From: an uncultured Muribaculaceae bacterium
GTDB lineage: Bacteria; Bacillota_I; Bacilli_A; RF39; UBA660
Length of the DNA stretch: 40,864 nucleotides
Reading direction: 5' to 3'
NCBI GenBank assembly: GCA_964543375.1
Contig: CAZIYD010000005.1
Location: forward strand, 1 to 40,864
The notes under the pieces were generated by a model that saw only the letters and a list, made by a program, of their open reading frames with translations, had not been told where the DNA came from and did not search any database. Positions 8,672 through 18,889 of this stretch are shown here, one piece after another. Position numbers and translations under genes: made by a program. Numbering within the stretch: position 1 is the first letter of the stretch; every line of letters starts with the position of its first letter.

Positions 8672-10339
8672 ATGTTAAAAAAGAAAATCAAAGTTATTTT
8701 ATTGTTTTTAATTTTGATTATAGTTGGAATTATAGTTTTTTTATTGTATCCTAAAAAAACCATAATAGATAAAGAAACTACATATTACGTATCTAGTAAT
8801 AAAAATAAAGTTGATTTATATGATAAAGATTTAAATAAATCAGGAGAAATTGTAAGAGGTCAAGAATTAAAAATAAAAGATAGCAAATTTAAAAAAGAAG
8901 AAGACCACGTAATTATACAAATAGATAAAAAAGATTACTATATTTTAAAGGATAATCTTGTTAAAGAGATAATAGATATAGTGAGCGAGAAAGAATTATA
9001 TGTAAGGACATCTGCAACTCTTTATGAAAATTTAGATGAATCTAAAATAAATGGTCTCGCATTAAAAGGAGAAAAACTAGATGTAATAGGATATGATAAA
9101 ATTTTAGAAGATGGTAGTGTTAATGCATACAAAATAAAAAAAGAAGAAAAAGAAAGCTACATATATAAAAAATATATAGTATATACTAGTGAAGAATCTC
9201 TATTAAATTATGAACCAGAAAAATACTATAATATACACAACTCTAGAAAAGATACTTATAGTGGGGTCGGAGGAAATGGTGGAAGTCTAGACTACTATCC
9301 AGTATTAAAACCAAAATTTGAAAACAATATAATGCCAGAAAAAGTAAATGCATTTTATTTAAATAGTGGTTCCTTTATAATGAAGAATATAGATAAATAT
9401 ATAGAGTATGCTAAAAAAACAAAAATAAATGCATTTGTTGTCGATATAAAGGATAATGAGAGTCCAGGTTATAAATCAAAGGTATTTGAAGAATTATCTC
9501 CAACTAATTATAAGTATGCAAACAATAGTTTAGAAAATTATAAAATAGCTATTAAAAAACTAAATGATGCAGGTTTTTATACAATAGGAAGAATCACTGT
9601 ATTTAAGGATAAATATTTTGTACAAGATAATCCAGATGTCGCAATACTAAACAAAAGAACTAATTCTCCTTTTGATAGTGGAAGATGGCCAAGTGCATTT
9701 AATAGAAAAATTTGGGAGTTTAATATTAAACTTGCAAAAGAAGCGGTAAATGAAATGGGATTTAATGAAATACAGTTTGATTATGTTAGATTCCCAGATA
9801 GAATAGTTAGACAAGAAAAAAATGGGGAATTAGATTTTAGAAATATATATAATGAAGAGAAAGTTCAAGCAATACAAAGATTTTTAATGTATGCGTGTGA
9901 TGAACTTCATAAGTTAAATGTATATGTATCTGCAGACGTATTTGGAGAATCTGTTAACTCATACATAACAGCTTATGGTCAATATTGGCCCGCTATATCT
10001 AACGTTGTAGATGTAATAAGCGGAATGCCTTATCCAGATCACTTTGCACCAAATTCATACGGAATAGCAAAACCTGGAGAAAACCCTTATGGGGTTATGT
10101 TTAATTGGGCAAAAGAGGCATATAAAAAGCAACAAGAAATACCAACACCAGCAGTTGCAAGAACTTGGATATTAGCACAAAACACAATGCAAGGATTTGA
10201 ATACAATTCTGAACACATAAGCGCTCAAATAAAAGCGCTATATGATGCAAATTTAACAGGCGGATATATGACTTGGGCATCCTCATCAAATTTACAGGGA
10301 TATATAAATAGAAACGCAGCGTATATAAAGGAGTACTAA
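8672..10339 (+). CDS. Membrane-anchored putative glycoside hydrolase (DUF4015-like TIM barrel) with an SH3-like N-terminal region
   Basis: N-terminal TM; NAFVVDIKD, IGRITVFKD, GFNEIQFDYVRFP, VSADVFG and VDVISGMPYPDH motifs. Confidence 0.75.
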   Translation: MLKKKIKVILLFLILIIVGIIVFLLYPKKTIIDKETTYYVSSNKNKVDLYDKDLNKSGEIVRGQELKIKDSKFKKEEDHVIIQIDKKDYYILKDNLVKEIIDIVSEKELYVRTSATLYENLDESKINGLALKGEKLDVIGYDKILEDGSVNAYKIKKEEKESYIYKKYIVYTSEESLLNYEPEKYYNIHNSRKDTYSGVGGNGGSLDYYPVLKPKFENNIMPEKVNAFYLNSGSFIMKNIDKYIEYAKKTKINAFVVDIKDNESPGYKSKVFEELSPTNYKYANNSLENYKIAIKKLNDAGFYTIGRITVFKDKYFVQDNPDVAILNKRTNSPFDSGRWPSAFNRKIWEFNIKLAKEAVNEMGFNEIQFDYVRFPDRIVRQEKNGELDFRNIYNEEKVQAIQRFLMYACDELHKLNVYVSADVFGESVNSYITAYGQYWPAISNVVDVISGMPYPDHFAPNSYGIAKPGENPYGVMFNWAKEAYKKQQEIPTPAVARTWILAQNTMQGFEYNSEHISAQIKALYDANLTGGYMTWASSSNLQGYINRNAAYIKEY

Positions 10340-10623
10340 TGAACATATTATTAGATAATAAAGAATATGAATTAATAAAAGATGAAAAAGAAGGATTTGA
10401 TTTAGAAGAATTAAAAAGTAAGTATACAGAATATTTTTATGACTATGATTATATCGTTGGAGATTGGGCTTACGGGAAATTAAGATTAAAAGGTTTTTAT
10501 GATTTTAAAAATAAGAAGGTAAATAAGATAAATGACTATAAAACAGTAAGCGAATATATAAAAAATAACTGTGCTTATAATTGCAAACATTTTATAGTGA
10601 AAAAGGTATACAAAAACAAATAA
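10339..10623 (+). CDS. YutD-family (DUF1027) protein
   Basis: YDYIVGDWAYGKLRLKGFY and NCAYNC motifs; TAATG overlap with the upstream gene. Confidence 0.85.
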   Translation: MNILLDNKEYELIKDEKEGFDLEELKSKYTEYFYDYDYIVGDWAYGKLRLKGFYDFKNKKVNKINDYKTVSEYIKNNCAYNCKHFIVKKVYKNK

Positions 10624-10627
10624 AGTA

Positions 10628-10636
10628 TGCTATAAT
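10628..10636 (+). promoter_or_regulatory. Extended -10 promoter
   Basis: TGcTATAAT upstream of a GAGGTG RBS and the ATG at 10670. Confidence 0.6.
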
Positions 10637-10669
10637 CATATATATAAAAGAATAAAGAGGTGAACTATA

Positions 10670-10954
10670 ATGGAAGAAAAACAAACAATAATTGTATTGG
10701 CAGAAGACGGAACAGAAAAGGAAGCGGAAGTACTTACTGTGTTTAATATGAAAACAACAGGTAAAGACTATATATTATATACTTTAAATGAACCGGATGA
10801 AAACGATATGGTTAGAATATATGCTTCTATCTTAGTTGAAAAAGATGGAACTTATTCGTTTGAAATCATAGAGTCTGATGATGAATGGGCTCAAGTAAAA
10901 GAGATTATGAAACAAATGGCTAAAGCTGGTCAAGAAGAAACAGAAAACAAGTAA
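10670..10954 (+). CDS. DUF1292-family small acidic protein
   Basis: EDGTEKEAEVLTVF...GKDYILYT...IESDDEWAQVKE pattern. Confidence 0.8.
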   Translation: MEEKQTIIVLAEDGTEKEAEVLTVFNMKTTGKDYILYTLNEPDENDMVRIYASILVEKDGTYSFEIIESDDEWAQVKEIMKQMAKAGQEETENK

Positions 10955-10967
10955 TAAGGAGGAACAC

Positions 10968-12080
10968 ATGAATACAGCAACTGTATATCTTCATACTTTT
11001 GATAATTCACCTGAATTGAAATTTGGGGAATTAAAATTTAACGGAACAAAAGGTGGTCAAATTCTTGCAACGACAAGATCTATTCTTTCTAGAAAAAAAG
11101 CATTTCAAACAATTAAAACTTTTTATACAAGTTTAAAAGGAGCTAATGAAGAAAATGTTAATATAGAAGCGGGCGTTGTCGAGGCTGTTCTACCACAAGT
11201 TGAACAACAAGTTGTGGAACCAGTTGGAGTACCAGAAAAAACTCCAATTTCACCTTCTTCAATTACCGAAGAGAAGCATACTATAGTGCCTTCTATTTTG
11301 GGTGCAAGAGTTGTTAAAATGGATTCAAAAGTATTTAATTTATTAAAAGTAGGAGAAGGCGTTGTAGATAAACCTTTTTCTGTAGGAGAAAATTCAAACA
11401 TTCCAACAGAACAAGTTGTTGAACAACAAGTAATAGAACCAATTACTCCAAAAGAACAAGAATATACAGAAGCGGCTTCTGATTTACAACCAACAATGGG
11501 TGTGCTAGAGCCAATTCCTGTATCTGAACCACTACCAGAAATAGCACTTCCAACTTTAGAAGAAAGTGTACCTGTAGTAGATACAAATGACAATGTTGAA
11601 TCATCTTTAGAACCATCTGTATCATCAAGTGTTGAATCTAACGAAACATACCAAACAGAACCAAGTTATTTACAACCAATGGATATTCCTGTTGATGTTC
11701 AAGACCGTTTAGTAAAAACAGAAGAAGAAGAGGTGGAAACCAAAGTGGAACAATCTCAAAGTCAAGATCACACCAGTGCTTTAGAAAGTTTAAAATCTAT
11801 TGTAAAAGAAAATGCTGAATTAAGAGAAAACAATGTAGTTTTATCAGAAAGAACAAAAGAGTTGGAAGATCAAGTATCATCAAAAGATGGTGATTTGGTA
11901 AAAACAAAAGAAGAATTAAATGTTGCTAAATCAGAAATAATAGAGTTTGGAGAAGCAGCAAAGAGATTAAAGTTGGAAAATGATAGATTGAATCAAGAGT
12001 TAACTCAAACAAAATTAGAACTAACTCAAATGACAGAAGCAATAAACTCAGCACTTAGTGGATATCAAAAAGCAGCATAA
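10968..12080 (+). CDS. Hypothetical protein with an acidic Pro/Val-rich low-complexity middle and a C-terminal coiled coil
   Basis: AGGAGG RBS; E/P/V/S-rich centre; about 100-aa heptad-like tail ALESLKSIVKENAELRE...LTQMTEAINSAL. Confidence 0.75.
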   Translation: MNTATVYLHTFDNSPELKFGELKFNGTKGGQILATTRSILSRKKAFQTIKTFYTSLKGANEENVNIEAGVVEAVLPQVEQQVVEPVGVPEKTPISPSSITEEKHTIVPSILGARVVKMDSKVFNLLKVGEGVVDKPFSVGENSNIPTEQVVEQQVIEPITPKEQEYTEAASDLQPTMGVLEPIPVSEPLPEIALPTLEESVPVVDTNDNVESSLEPSVSSSVESNETYQTEPSYLQPMDIPVDVQDRLVKTEEEEVETKVEQSQSQDHTSALESLKSIVKENAELRENNVVLSERTKELEDQVSSKDGDLVKTKEELNVAKSEIIEFGEAAKRLKLENDRLNQELTQTKLELTQMTEAINSALSGYQKAA

Positions 12081-12102
12081 GAGACTTAAGTCTCTTTTTT
12101 TT
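12079..12102 (+). terminator. Intrinsic terminator
   Basis: Palindrome AAGAGACTTAAGTCTCTT (12079-12096) running into a T tract. Confidence 0.75.
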
Positions 12103-12114
12103 ATTATCTATAAA

Positions 12115-12123
12115 TGTTATAAT
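12115..12123 (+). promoter_or_regulatory. Extended -10 promoter for thiI
   Basis: TGtTATAAT upstream of a GAGGT RBS and the ATG at 12144. Confidence 0.55.
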
Positions 12124-12143
12124 TATAACGAAAAAGAGGTAAT

Positions 12144-13325
12144 ATGAAAAAGTTAATAATGATTAGATACGGTGAATTATCAACAAAAAAAGAAAACATA
12201 ATATATTTTTTAGACACTTTAGAGTCTAATATAAAGAAATCTTTATCTAATTATAATATAAAAATAATAAAATATAAATCTAGAATGTATATAGATTTTT
12301 TTGATAATGACGAAAAAGTTATAATAGAAACTTTAGAAAAAATTCCAGGAATAATAGCTTTTTCAATAGCGTATATAGTAAAAACTGATATTGATGATAT
12401 TAAAACTAATGTTTTAAATATAATAAAAAACATTAACTTTGATACCTTTAAAGTGATTACAAAAAGAGTCTATAAGTCATTTGAATATGACTCAAATCAA
12501 ATTAATAATATTGTTGGTGGATACATTTTAAAAAATATAAGTAAAAAAGTAGATGTTCATAATCCAAGCCTAAATATAAACATTGAAATAAGAGATAAAG
12601 AAAATACATATATTTATCTTAATGAATATAAAGGTTTGGGGGGTTATCCTGTGTCATCTAATGGTAGAGGCTTATTAATGATAAGTGGTGGAATAGATTC
12701 ACCTATTGCGGGTTATTTAGCAATAAAAAGAGGTATATCTTTAGATGCTGTATATTTTGAATCGATACCTCATACAAGTTTAAATGCAAGAAATAAAGTA
12801 ATAAATCTTTGCAAAATATTAAATCAATATTCTAATGATATAAATCTACATATTGTACCTTTTACTAAAATACAAGAAGAAATATATAAAAGCTTTGATA
12901 AATCATATACAATTACTATAATGAGAAGAATGATGTATAGAATTTCAGAAGAAATATCAAAAAAATTAAATTTAAAAATAATAATAAATGGGGAATCAAT
13001 TGGGCAAGTATCAAGCCAAACTCTGTCAAATCTTTATGTGATAAATAATGTAACAAACTTCCCAATTATAAGACCTCTAGCGTGTCTAGATAAGCTAGAA
13101 ATAATAGACATTGCAAAAAAGATAAACACCTACAATATAAGCATTTTACCTTATGAAGATTGTTGTACGGTTTTTGTTCCAAAACATCCAGCAATAAATC
13201 CATCTTTAGAAAAGTGTATAGAAATTGAGTCGAAATTTGATTATGAAAAATTAATAGAAGAAGCAATAAAAAACATTAATACTATAAATATTAAAGAACA
13301 TAAGGAATTTGAAGCTTTGCTATGA
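12144..13325 (+). CDS. thiI: tRNA 4-thiouridine(8) synthase ThiI (short form, no rhodanese domain)
   Basis: RYGELSTK, THUMP region, PP-loop SGGIDSPIA, RRMMY, GESIGQVSSQT and PYEDCC motifs. Confidence 0.93.
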   Translation: MKKLIMIRYGELSTKKENIIYFLDTLESNIKKSLSNYNIKIIKYKSRMYIDFFDNDEKVIIETLEKIPGIIAFSIAYIVKTDIDDIKTNVLNIIKNINFDTFKVITKRVYKSFEYDSNQINNIVGGYILKNISKKVDVHNPSLNINIEIRDKENTYIYLNEYKGLGGYPVSSNGRGLLMISGGIDSPIAGYLAIKRGISLDAVYFESIPHTSLNARNKVINLCKILNQYSNDINLHIVPFTKIQEEIYKSFDKSYTITIMRRMMYRISEEISKKLNLKIIINGESIGQVSSQTLSNLYVINNVTNFPIIRPLACLDKLEIIDIAKKINTYNISILPYEDCCTVFVPKHPAINPSLEKCIEIESKFDYEKLIEEAIKNINTINIKEHKEFEALL

Positions 13326-13331
13326 TATAAT
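13323..13331 (+). promoter_or_regulatory. Extended -10 promoter for ackA, overlapping the thiI stop codon
   Basis: TGA (thiI stop) directly followed by TATAAT; AGGAGG RBS and the ATG at 13355 downstream. Confidence 0.55.
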
Positions 13332-13354
13332 ATAACTATATTTAGGAGGAAAAA

Positions 13355-14530
13355 ATGAAAGTATTATGTATTAATGCAGGAAGTTCTACTGTTAAATTCA
13401 AATTATTTGAAATGCCAAATGAAGAAGTTCTTGTATCATCAAACTTTGAAAAAATTGGAGAAAATAATAGTTTTTATTCAATAAAAATCAAGGAAGATAA
13501 AATAAAAAAAGAAGCGAATTTAAAAACTCATGAAGATGCTATAAAGATATTTCTTGAAGAACTTGTAAATTTGAAAGTAATAAGTTCACTAGAAGAAATA
13601 AAAGGAATAGGTCATAGAGTAGTTCAAGGGGCTGATATATATAAAAAAGCAACAATAGTTGATAATAAAGTAATATCAGATATTGAAGAATTAATACCTT
13701 TAGCGCCCTTACATAACGCAGCACATCTTATTGGAATAAATGTAGCTATGAAGATATTACCAAGCGTAAAAAATGTAGTAGTTTTTGATACTGCTTATCA
13801 TCAAACCATGGAAAAAGATCAATTCTTGTATGCTGTACCATATGAATGGTATGAAAATTATAAAGTAAGAAGATATGGTTTCCATGGTACCAGTCATAAA
13901 TATTTATATAACTTTATAAAAGAAAAACTAGGAAGAGATTTAAAAGTTATTACTTGCCATTTAGGAAGTGGTTCTAGTATAAGTGCTATAAATTCTGGTA
14001 AAGTTATTGCAACATCTATGGGGTTTACTCCTTTAGGAGGTATTGCAATGGGAACAAGATGTGGAGATATAGATCCATCTTTAATAGCGTATGTAATGAA
14101 ACAAACCGGAAAAAACATTGATGAAATAACAACAGACTTAAATAAAAAGAGTGGTTTTTTAGGAGTAAGTGGAATAAGTGGAGATTCAAGAGACATAGAA
14201 GAGGGAATTGAAAACGGAAATGAAAGATGTAAATTAGCACAAGATATATTTGTAAATAGAGTAGTTGCGTTTATATCTCATTATTATGTACTTTTAAATA
14301 AAGCAGATGCAATAATTTTTTCAGCTGGTATCGGTGAAAATTCAATAAATGTAAGAAAAGAAATAATAGAAAAATTAAGTAGTTTAAATATTTTCATAGA
14401 TGAAGAATCAAACAACGTTAGAGGAAAAGAAGCAAAAATTTCTGCAGAAAATTCGGATGTACTTTGTTATGTTGTTCCAACAGATGAAGAGATTATGATA
14501 GCAAGAGATACATATGAATTAATTAGTTAG
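13355..14530 (+). CDS. ackA: Acetate kinase
   Basis: INAGSSTVK, GHRVVQG, APLHN, VFDTAYH, RRYGFHGTSH, CHLGSGSS and PTDEE motifs. Confidence 0.96.
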   Translation: MKVLCINAGSSTVKFKLFEMPNEEVLVSSNFEKIGENNSFYSIKIKEDKIKKEANLKTHEDAIKIFLEELVNLKVISSLEEIKGIGHRVVQGADIYKKATIVDNKVISDIEELIPLAPLHNAAHLIGINVAMKILPSVKNVVVFDTAYHQTMEKDQFLYAVPYEWYENYKVRRYGFHGTSHKYLYNFIKEKLGRDLKVITCHLGSGSSISAINSGKVIATSMGFTPLGGIAMGTRCGDIDPSLIAYVMKQTGKNIDEITTDLNKKSGFLGVSGISGDSRDIEEGIENGNERCKLAQDIFVNRVVAFISHYYVLLNKADAIIFSAGIGENSINVRKEIIEKLSSLNIFIDEESNNVRGKEAKISAENSDVLCYVVPTDEEIMIARDTYELIS

Positions 14531-14537
14531 GGGTATT

Positions 14538-15512
14538 ATGTTTAAGGATATCTATAAAGAAATAAAAAAACATGAAAGCATAGTTATTGCAAGACATATT
14601 GGAGCAGATCCAGATGCATTAGGTTCTCAGTTTGCACTTAAAGAACTTATTTTAAACACTTTTCCGAATAAAAAAGTGTATGCTGCTGGAAGTAGAGCTT
14701 CAAAATTTAAAGTAATTGGGAATACAGATATAATTAAAGAAGACTTTAATTATGAAGATTCTCTTTTAATTGTGTTAGATACTCCAATATTAAGAAGAGT
14801 TGATCTAGATAATATAGATAGGTTTAAAACCTCTATAAAAATAGATCATCATCCATTTGATGAAACATTTTGCAATATAGAATGGATAGATGATACTTGT
14901 TCTAGTGCTAGTGAAATGATAGCGGATTTATCTCTAAATACAAAGTTAGAAATGAATAAAAAAACAGCAGAATATATAATAATGGGGATTGTATCTGATT
15001 CAAATAGATTCTTATATGATAATGCAACTACTAAGACAATGCGTCTAGTTTGTGATTTAATAGATAAATTTGAAATAGATAAAAAAAACATATATGAAAA
15101 AGTATATATGAGGGATATGAGAGAAATAAGACTTCAAGGTTACATTTCAGAAAATATGATTATAACCGAAAACGGAGTTGGATATGTAGTAATAAATGAT
15201 GATATAATCAAAAAATACAACGTAGATGCAGCCTCTCCTGGTAATATGGTAAATAATTTTTCATATATAAGTGAACTTCTAGTTTGGTTAACATTCTCAG
15301 AAGATAAAAAGCAAAATCAAATTAGAGTATCAATTAGATCTAGAGGACCAATAATAAATGATGTTGCAAGTAAATACAATGGAGGAGGTCATAAATATGC
15401 CTCTGGAATAAGAATAAAAAGTTTTGACCAAGTAGATGAAATAATAAAAAGTTTAGATGAGAAGGCAAAAGAATACAAAGAGAGTATAGAGGTGGAAAAT
15501 GAAAATAACTAG
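14538..15512 (+). CDS. nrnA: DHH/DHHA1 phosphoesterase (NrnA-like oligoribonuclease/pAp phosphatase)
   Basis: HIGADPDALGS, LDTP, IDHH, DSNRF and GGGHKYASG motifs. Confidence 0.85.
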   Translation: MFKDIYKEIKKHESIVIARHIGADPDALGSQFALKELILNTFPNKKVYAAGSRASKFKVIGNTDIIKEDFNYEDSLLIVLDTPILRRVDLDNIDRFKTSIKIDHHPFDETFCNIEWIDDTCSSASEMIADLSLNTKLEMNKKTAEYIIMGIVSDSNRFLYDNATTKTMRLVCDLIDKFEIDKKNIYEKVYMRDMREIRLQGYISENMIITENGVGYVVINDDIIKKYNVDAASPGNMVNNFSYISELLVWLTFSEDKKQNQIRVSIRSRGPIINDVASKYNGGGHKYASGIRIKSFDQVDEIIKSLDEKAKEYKESIEVENENN

Positions 15513-16092
15513 TGCAGATATAAAAATAAGTGCTGTTAGACAAAGTCAATATCCAGAAACAACACTACCAGAGTTCCTAGTTGTTGGGCGTTCTAATGTT
15601 GGAAAAAGCAGTTTTATAAATACTATAATTAATAGAAAAAGCTTAGCAAGAACCTCATCTAGACCAGGCAGAACACAAACGCTTAATTTTTATTTAATAA
15701 ATAAAGACTTTTATTTGGTAGATGTTCCGGGCTATGGTTATGCTAGTACAAACAAAAAACAACAATTAAAATTTGGAAAAATGATAGAAGAATACATAGA
15801 AAACAGAGAAAATTTAAAAGAAGTATTCTTATTAATAGACTTTAGACATAAACCAACAAAAGACGATCTTACTATGTATAATTTTCTTAAATACTATAAT
15901 TTAAAAGTGGTTGTAGTTGCAACTAAAATAGATAAAATTTCAAAAAATCAAAGAATTAAAAACGAAAAAATAATAAATAGTACTTTAGATTTGGTGGTTG
16001 GAGATTCTTTAGTCACTTTCTCTAGTGTTTCTAAGGAAGGAAAAACAGAAATTCACGATATAATAGAAAAATACTTAGATTTTATTGAGTAA
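15499..16092 (+). CDS. engB: Ribosome biogenesis GTPase YsxC/EngB
   Basis: GRSNVGKSS (G1), PGRTQT, DVPGYG and TKIDK motifs. Confidence 0.94.
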   Translation: MKITSADIKISAVRQSQYPETTLPEFLVVGRSNVGKSSFINTIINRKSLARTSSRPGRTQTLNFYLINKDFYLVDVPGYGYASTNKKQQLKFGKMIEEYIENRENLKEVFLLIDFRHKPTKDDLTMYNFLKYYNLKVVVVATKIDKISKNQRIKNEKIINSTLDLVVGDSLVTFSSVSKEGKTEIHDIIEKYLDFIE

Positions 16093-16119
16093 TGAAATCT
16101 TTGTTTTTTTTTGTATTTA

Positions 16120-16128
16120 TGCTATAAT
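16120..16128 (+). promoter_or_regulatory. Extended -10 promoter for der
   Basis: TGcTATAAT lies inside the ORF-track 5' extension, which supports the ATG at 16153 as the real start. Confidence 0.6.
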
Positions 16129-16152
16129 CTACTAAGTTTGAGGGGTGATATT

Positions 16153-17460
16153 ATGAAAATTCCAACAGTAGCACTAATAGGAAAACCAAATGTAGGTAAA
16201 TCTACATTGTTTAACCGTTTTGCTGGAAAAAGAATTTCCATAGTAGATGATACCCCAGGAGTTACAAGAGATAGAGTATATAGTTTTTGCACATATCAAT
16301 CACAAAGTTTCCATTTAATAGATACTGGTGGTATAACAATAGAAGATGAAAAATTTAATAAAGAAATAAAATTACAAGCAGAACTTGCAATAGATGAAGC
16401 CGATGTAATAATTTTTATAGTAGATGGGAAGAATGGTATAACAATAGAAGATGAACTAATTGCAAACATACTTAGAAAATCAAACAAGAAGGTAATAGTA
16501 GCAATAAATAAAATAGATAATAAAAAATCTAATGAAAACATATATGATTTTTTTAAGTTTGGTTTTGATGACTATATAAAAATAAGTGCAGAACACGGAG
16601 ACAACACTAACGGCTTACTAGATTTAGTAATATCAAACTTTGATAGCATAAAAGAAATTAATTATGATAAAAACATACTAAAATTCAGTGTAATAGGTAG
16701 ACCAAACGTAGGTAAATCTAGTTTAGTAAATGCAATATTAAATGAAGATAGATTAATAGTTTCTGATATAGCAAATACTACTAGAGATTCGGTGGACACT
16801 CCTTTTACTTATAATAATAGAGATTTTGTTGTTATAGATACAGCAGGCATTAGAAAAAAAGGAAAAGTATATGAAAATATTGAAAGATATAGTGCGCTTA
16901 GATCTTTAAAAGCAATTGATAGAAGCGATGTATGCTTAATAGTAATAAATGTAGAAGAAGGAATAATAGAGCAAGATAAACATATAGCGGGTTATGCTTT
17001 AGATAGTGGAAAAGCAGTTATACTTGTCGTTAATAAGTGGGACAAATCAGAAAAAACTATAAAAGAGTTTGAAAAAGAATTAAGAAATAACTTTGCATTT
17101 ATGCCTTATGCTCCAATTGTTTATTTATCCGCACTTACAAAAAAAAGAATACATACTCTTATGCCAGAAATAATAAAAGTATATGATAATTGGATAAAAG
17201 AAATACAAACAAGTCCACTAAACAATGTTATAAATGATGCGGTATCTTTAAAACAACCACCATCATATAAAGGCAAAAGATTAAAAATATACTACGTTAA
17301 TCAAATAGATAATTCACCACCAAAATTTTTATTTCAGGTTAATGATAAAACATTAATACATTTTTCATACAAAAGATATATAGAAAATAAAATTAGAGAA
17401 TCCTTTGATTTAGAAGGAACACCAATAATATTAGTCTTTAAAAATAGAGGAGATAAATAA
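16153..17460 (+). CDS. der: Ribosome biogenesis GTPase Der/EngA (start corrected from TTG 16111 to ATG 16153)
   Basis: Two G domains (GKPNVGKST...DTGG and GRPNVGKSS...DTAG) plus a KH-like tail; AGGGGTGA RBS before 16153. Confidence 0.96.
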   Translation: MKIPTVALIGKPNVGKSTLFNRFAGKRISIVDDTPGVTRDRVYSFCTYQSQSFHLIDTGGITIEDEKFNKEIKLQAELAIDEADVIIFIVDGKNGITIEDELIANILRKSNKKVIVAINKIDNKKSNENIYDFFKFGFDDYIKISAEHGDNTNGLLDLVISNFDSIKEINYDKNILKFSVIGRPNVGKSSLVNAILNEDRLIVSDIANTTRDSVDTPFTYNNRDFVVIDTAGIRKKGKVYENIERYSALRSLKAIDRSDVCLIVINVEEGIIEQDKHIAGYALDSGKAVILVVNKWDKSEKTIKEFEKELRNNFAFMPYAPIVYLSALTKKRIHTLMPEIIKVYDNWIKEIQTSPLNNVINDAVSLKQPPSYKGKRLKIYYVNQIDNSPPKFLFQVNDKTLIHFSYKRYIENKIRESFDLEGTPIILVFKNRGDK

Positions 17461-17491
17461 AAGAGATATTAGCTTAATATCTCTTTTATTT
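17455..17491. terminator. Bidirectional terminator with perfect 17-bp arms
   Basis: AAATAAAAGAGATATTA-GCT-TAATATCTCTTTTATTT spans the der stop and the pgm 3' end. Confidence 0.8.
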
Positions 17492-18824
17492 TGTTTTCGA
17501 ATTCTTTTTGAATTTCCTTTAATCTTTCTTCTGTTTTAGCTTCAAATCTCATAGTTATGTTAGGACCCGTATTAGAAGGTCTAACGAGTGCAAAACCATC
17601 ATCAAATATTGCTTTACAACCATCTATATCTAAAACTTTATAGCCTTTTTCTTTACAATAACTTATTAACTCATTTACTAAATATTCTTTTTGTTCTTCT
17701 TCTATTTTCATTTTTATTTCATCAGTAGAATAGTATTTAGGAATATCTTTTAACAACTCACTTACTTTCATATCTGTATTACTTAATATTTCTAGCATTC
17801 TCAAAGATGCATATATTCCATCATCATATCCTGGGAACTTATCATTAAAGAATACATGACCAGATAACTCTCCTCCAAATTCAATTTTATCTGTTTCAAT
17901 TCTTGCTCTAAGATATGAATTCCCTGTTCTAGAACAAACCTTTATACCCCCTAATCTATCTATTTCATCTTCTAAAGCCTTAGAACATTTGACATCATAA
18001 AGTATTCTTTTATCATCTAATTTATGAAACAAATTATTGAGTACTACTATCATAAACTTATCTATTGGAATTAATTCTCCTTTTTCATCAACTAAACCAA
18101 TTCTATCAGCATCTCCATCATAAGCAAACCCAATATCTGCTTTTTCTTTTATTACAGTTTCTGATAAATCTTTTGTATTTTCTCTTACACTAGGATCTGG
18201 ATGATGATTTGGAAAATCTGGATTTGAATCTGTAAATAAGGGTATATACTCTAAATCTAATTTATCAAATATATCTTTAACTACTACTGAAGATGTACCA
18301 TTACCACTATCTATTACCACCTTTAATTTTCTTTGACCAAGTCTTATACTAGCAAGTGTAAAAGAAACATATCTTTCTTTTATGTCTTGATTAATAATTG
18401 TTCCTCTTCCGTTTTTAAATTCTTCGCTTTTTACTAATTCCTTAAATTCCTGTATTTGCTCACCATAAGCATTATACTTACCATTAAAAGATATTTTAAA
18501 TCCATTATATTCTTTAGGATTGTGAGACGCTGTAATCATTATTCCGCTTGTTGCATTAAACATATGAAGAGCAAAATAATACATCGGAGTAGTAACTAAT
18601 CCAATATTTATTACATCAACACCACTATCAACTATTCCTTTAGATAAACTGTCAAAAATATCGACAGAAGAAGATCTATTATCATATCCAACTATCGTAA
18701 TATATTTTTTATCATTTATAAGTCTTGTACCGAAAGCTCTTCCAATCTTATAAGATAAGTCTAAATCTATTTCACTTTCATAAATTCCCCTAATATCATA
18801 AGCTCTAAAAATATATTCTTTCAT
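17469..18824 (-). CDS. pgm: Phosphoglucomutase/phosphomannomutase (AlgC-like PMM/PGM)
   Basis: YDIRG, TASHNP (phospho-Ser), DGDADR (metal loop), GELSGH and RPSNT motifs. Confidence 0.9.
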   Translation of the reverse strand: MKEYIFRAYDIRGIYESEIDLDLSYKIGRAFGTRLINDKKYITIVGYDNRSSSVDIFDSLSKGIVDSGVDVINIGLVTTPMYYFALHMFNATSGIMITASHNPKEYNGFKISFNGKYNAYGEQIQEFKELVKSEEFKNGRGTIINQDIKERYVSFTLASIRLGQRKLKVVIDSGNGTSSVVVKDIFDKLDLEYIPLFTDSNPDFPNHHPDPSVRENTKDLSETVIKEKADIGFAYDGDADRIGLVDEKGELIPIDKFMIVVLNNLFHKLDDKRILYDVKCSKALEDEIDRLGGIKVCSRTGNSYLRARIETDKIEFGGELSGHVFFNDKFPGYDDGIYASLRMLEILSNTDMKVSELLKDIPKYYSTDEIKMKIEEEQKEYLVNELISYCKEKGYKVLDIDGCKAIFDDGFALVRPSNTGPNITMRFEAKTEERLKEIQKEFENKIKEILS

Positions 18825-18840
18825 ATTATCACCTACTTAT

Positions 18841-18889
18841 ATTATATCACACATTACTTAATGACTAACTAAGCAAATTGTGATATAAT
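18841..18889. promoter_or_regulatory. Divergent pair of extended -10 promoters for pgm and the glucan synthase
   Basis: 11-bp inverted repeat ATTATATCACA (18841-18851) / TGTGATATAAT (18879-18889); each copy reads TGaTATAAT towards its gene. Confidence 0.65.
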
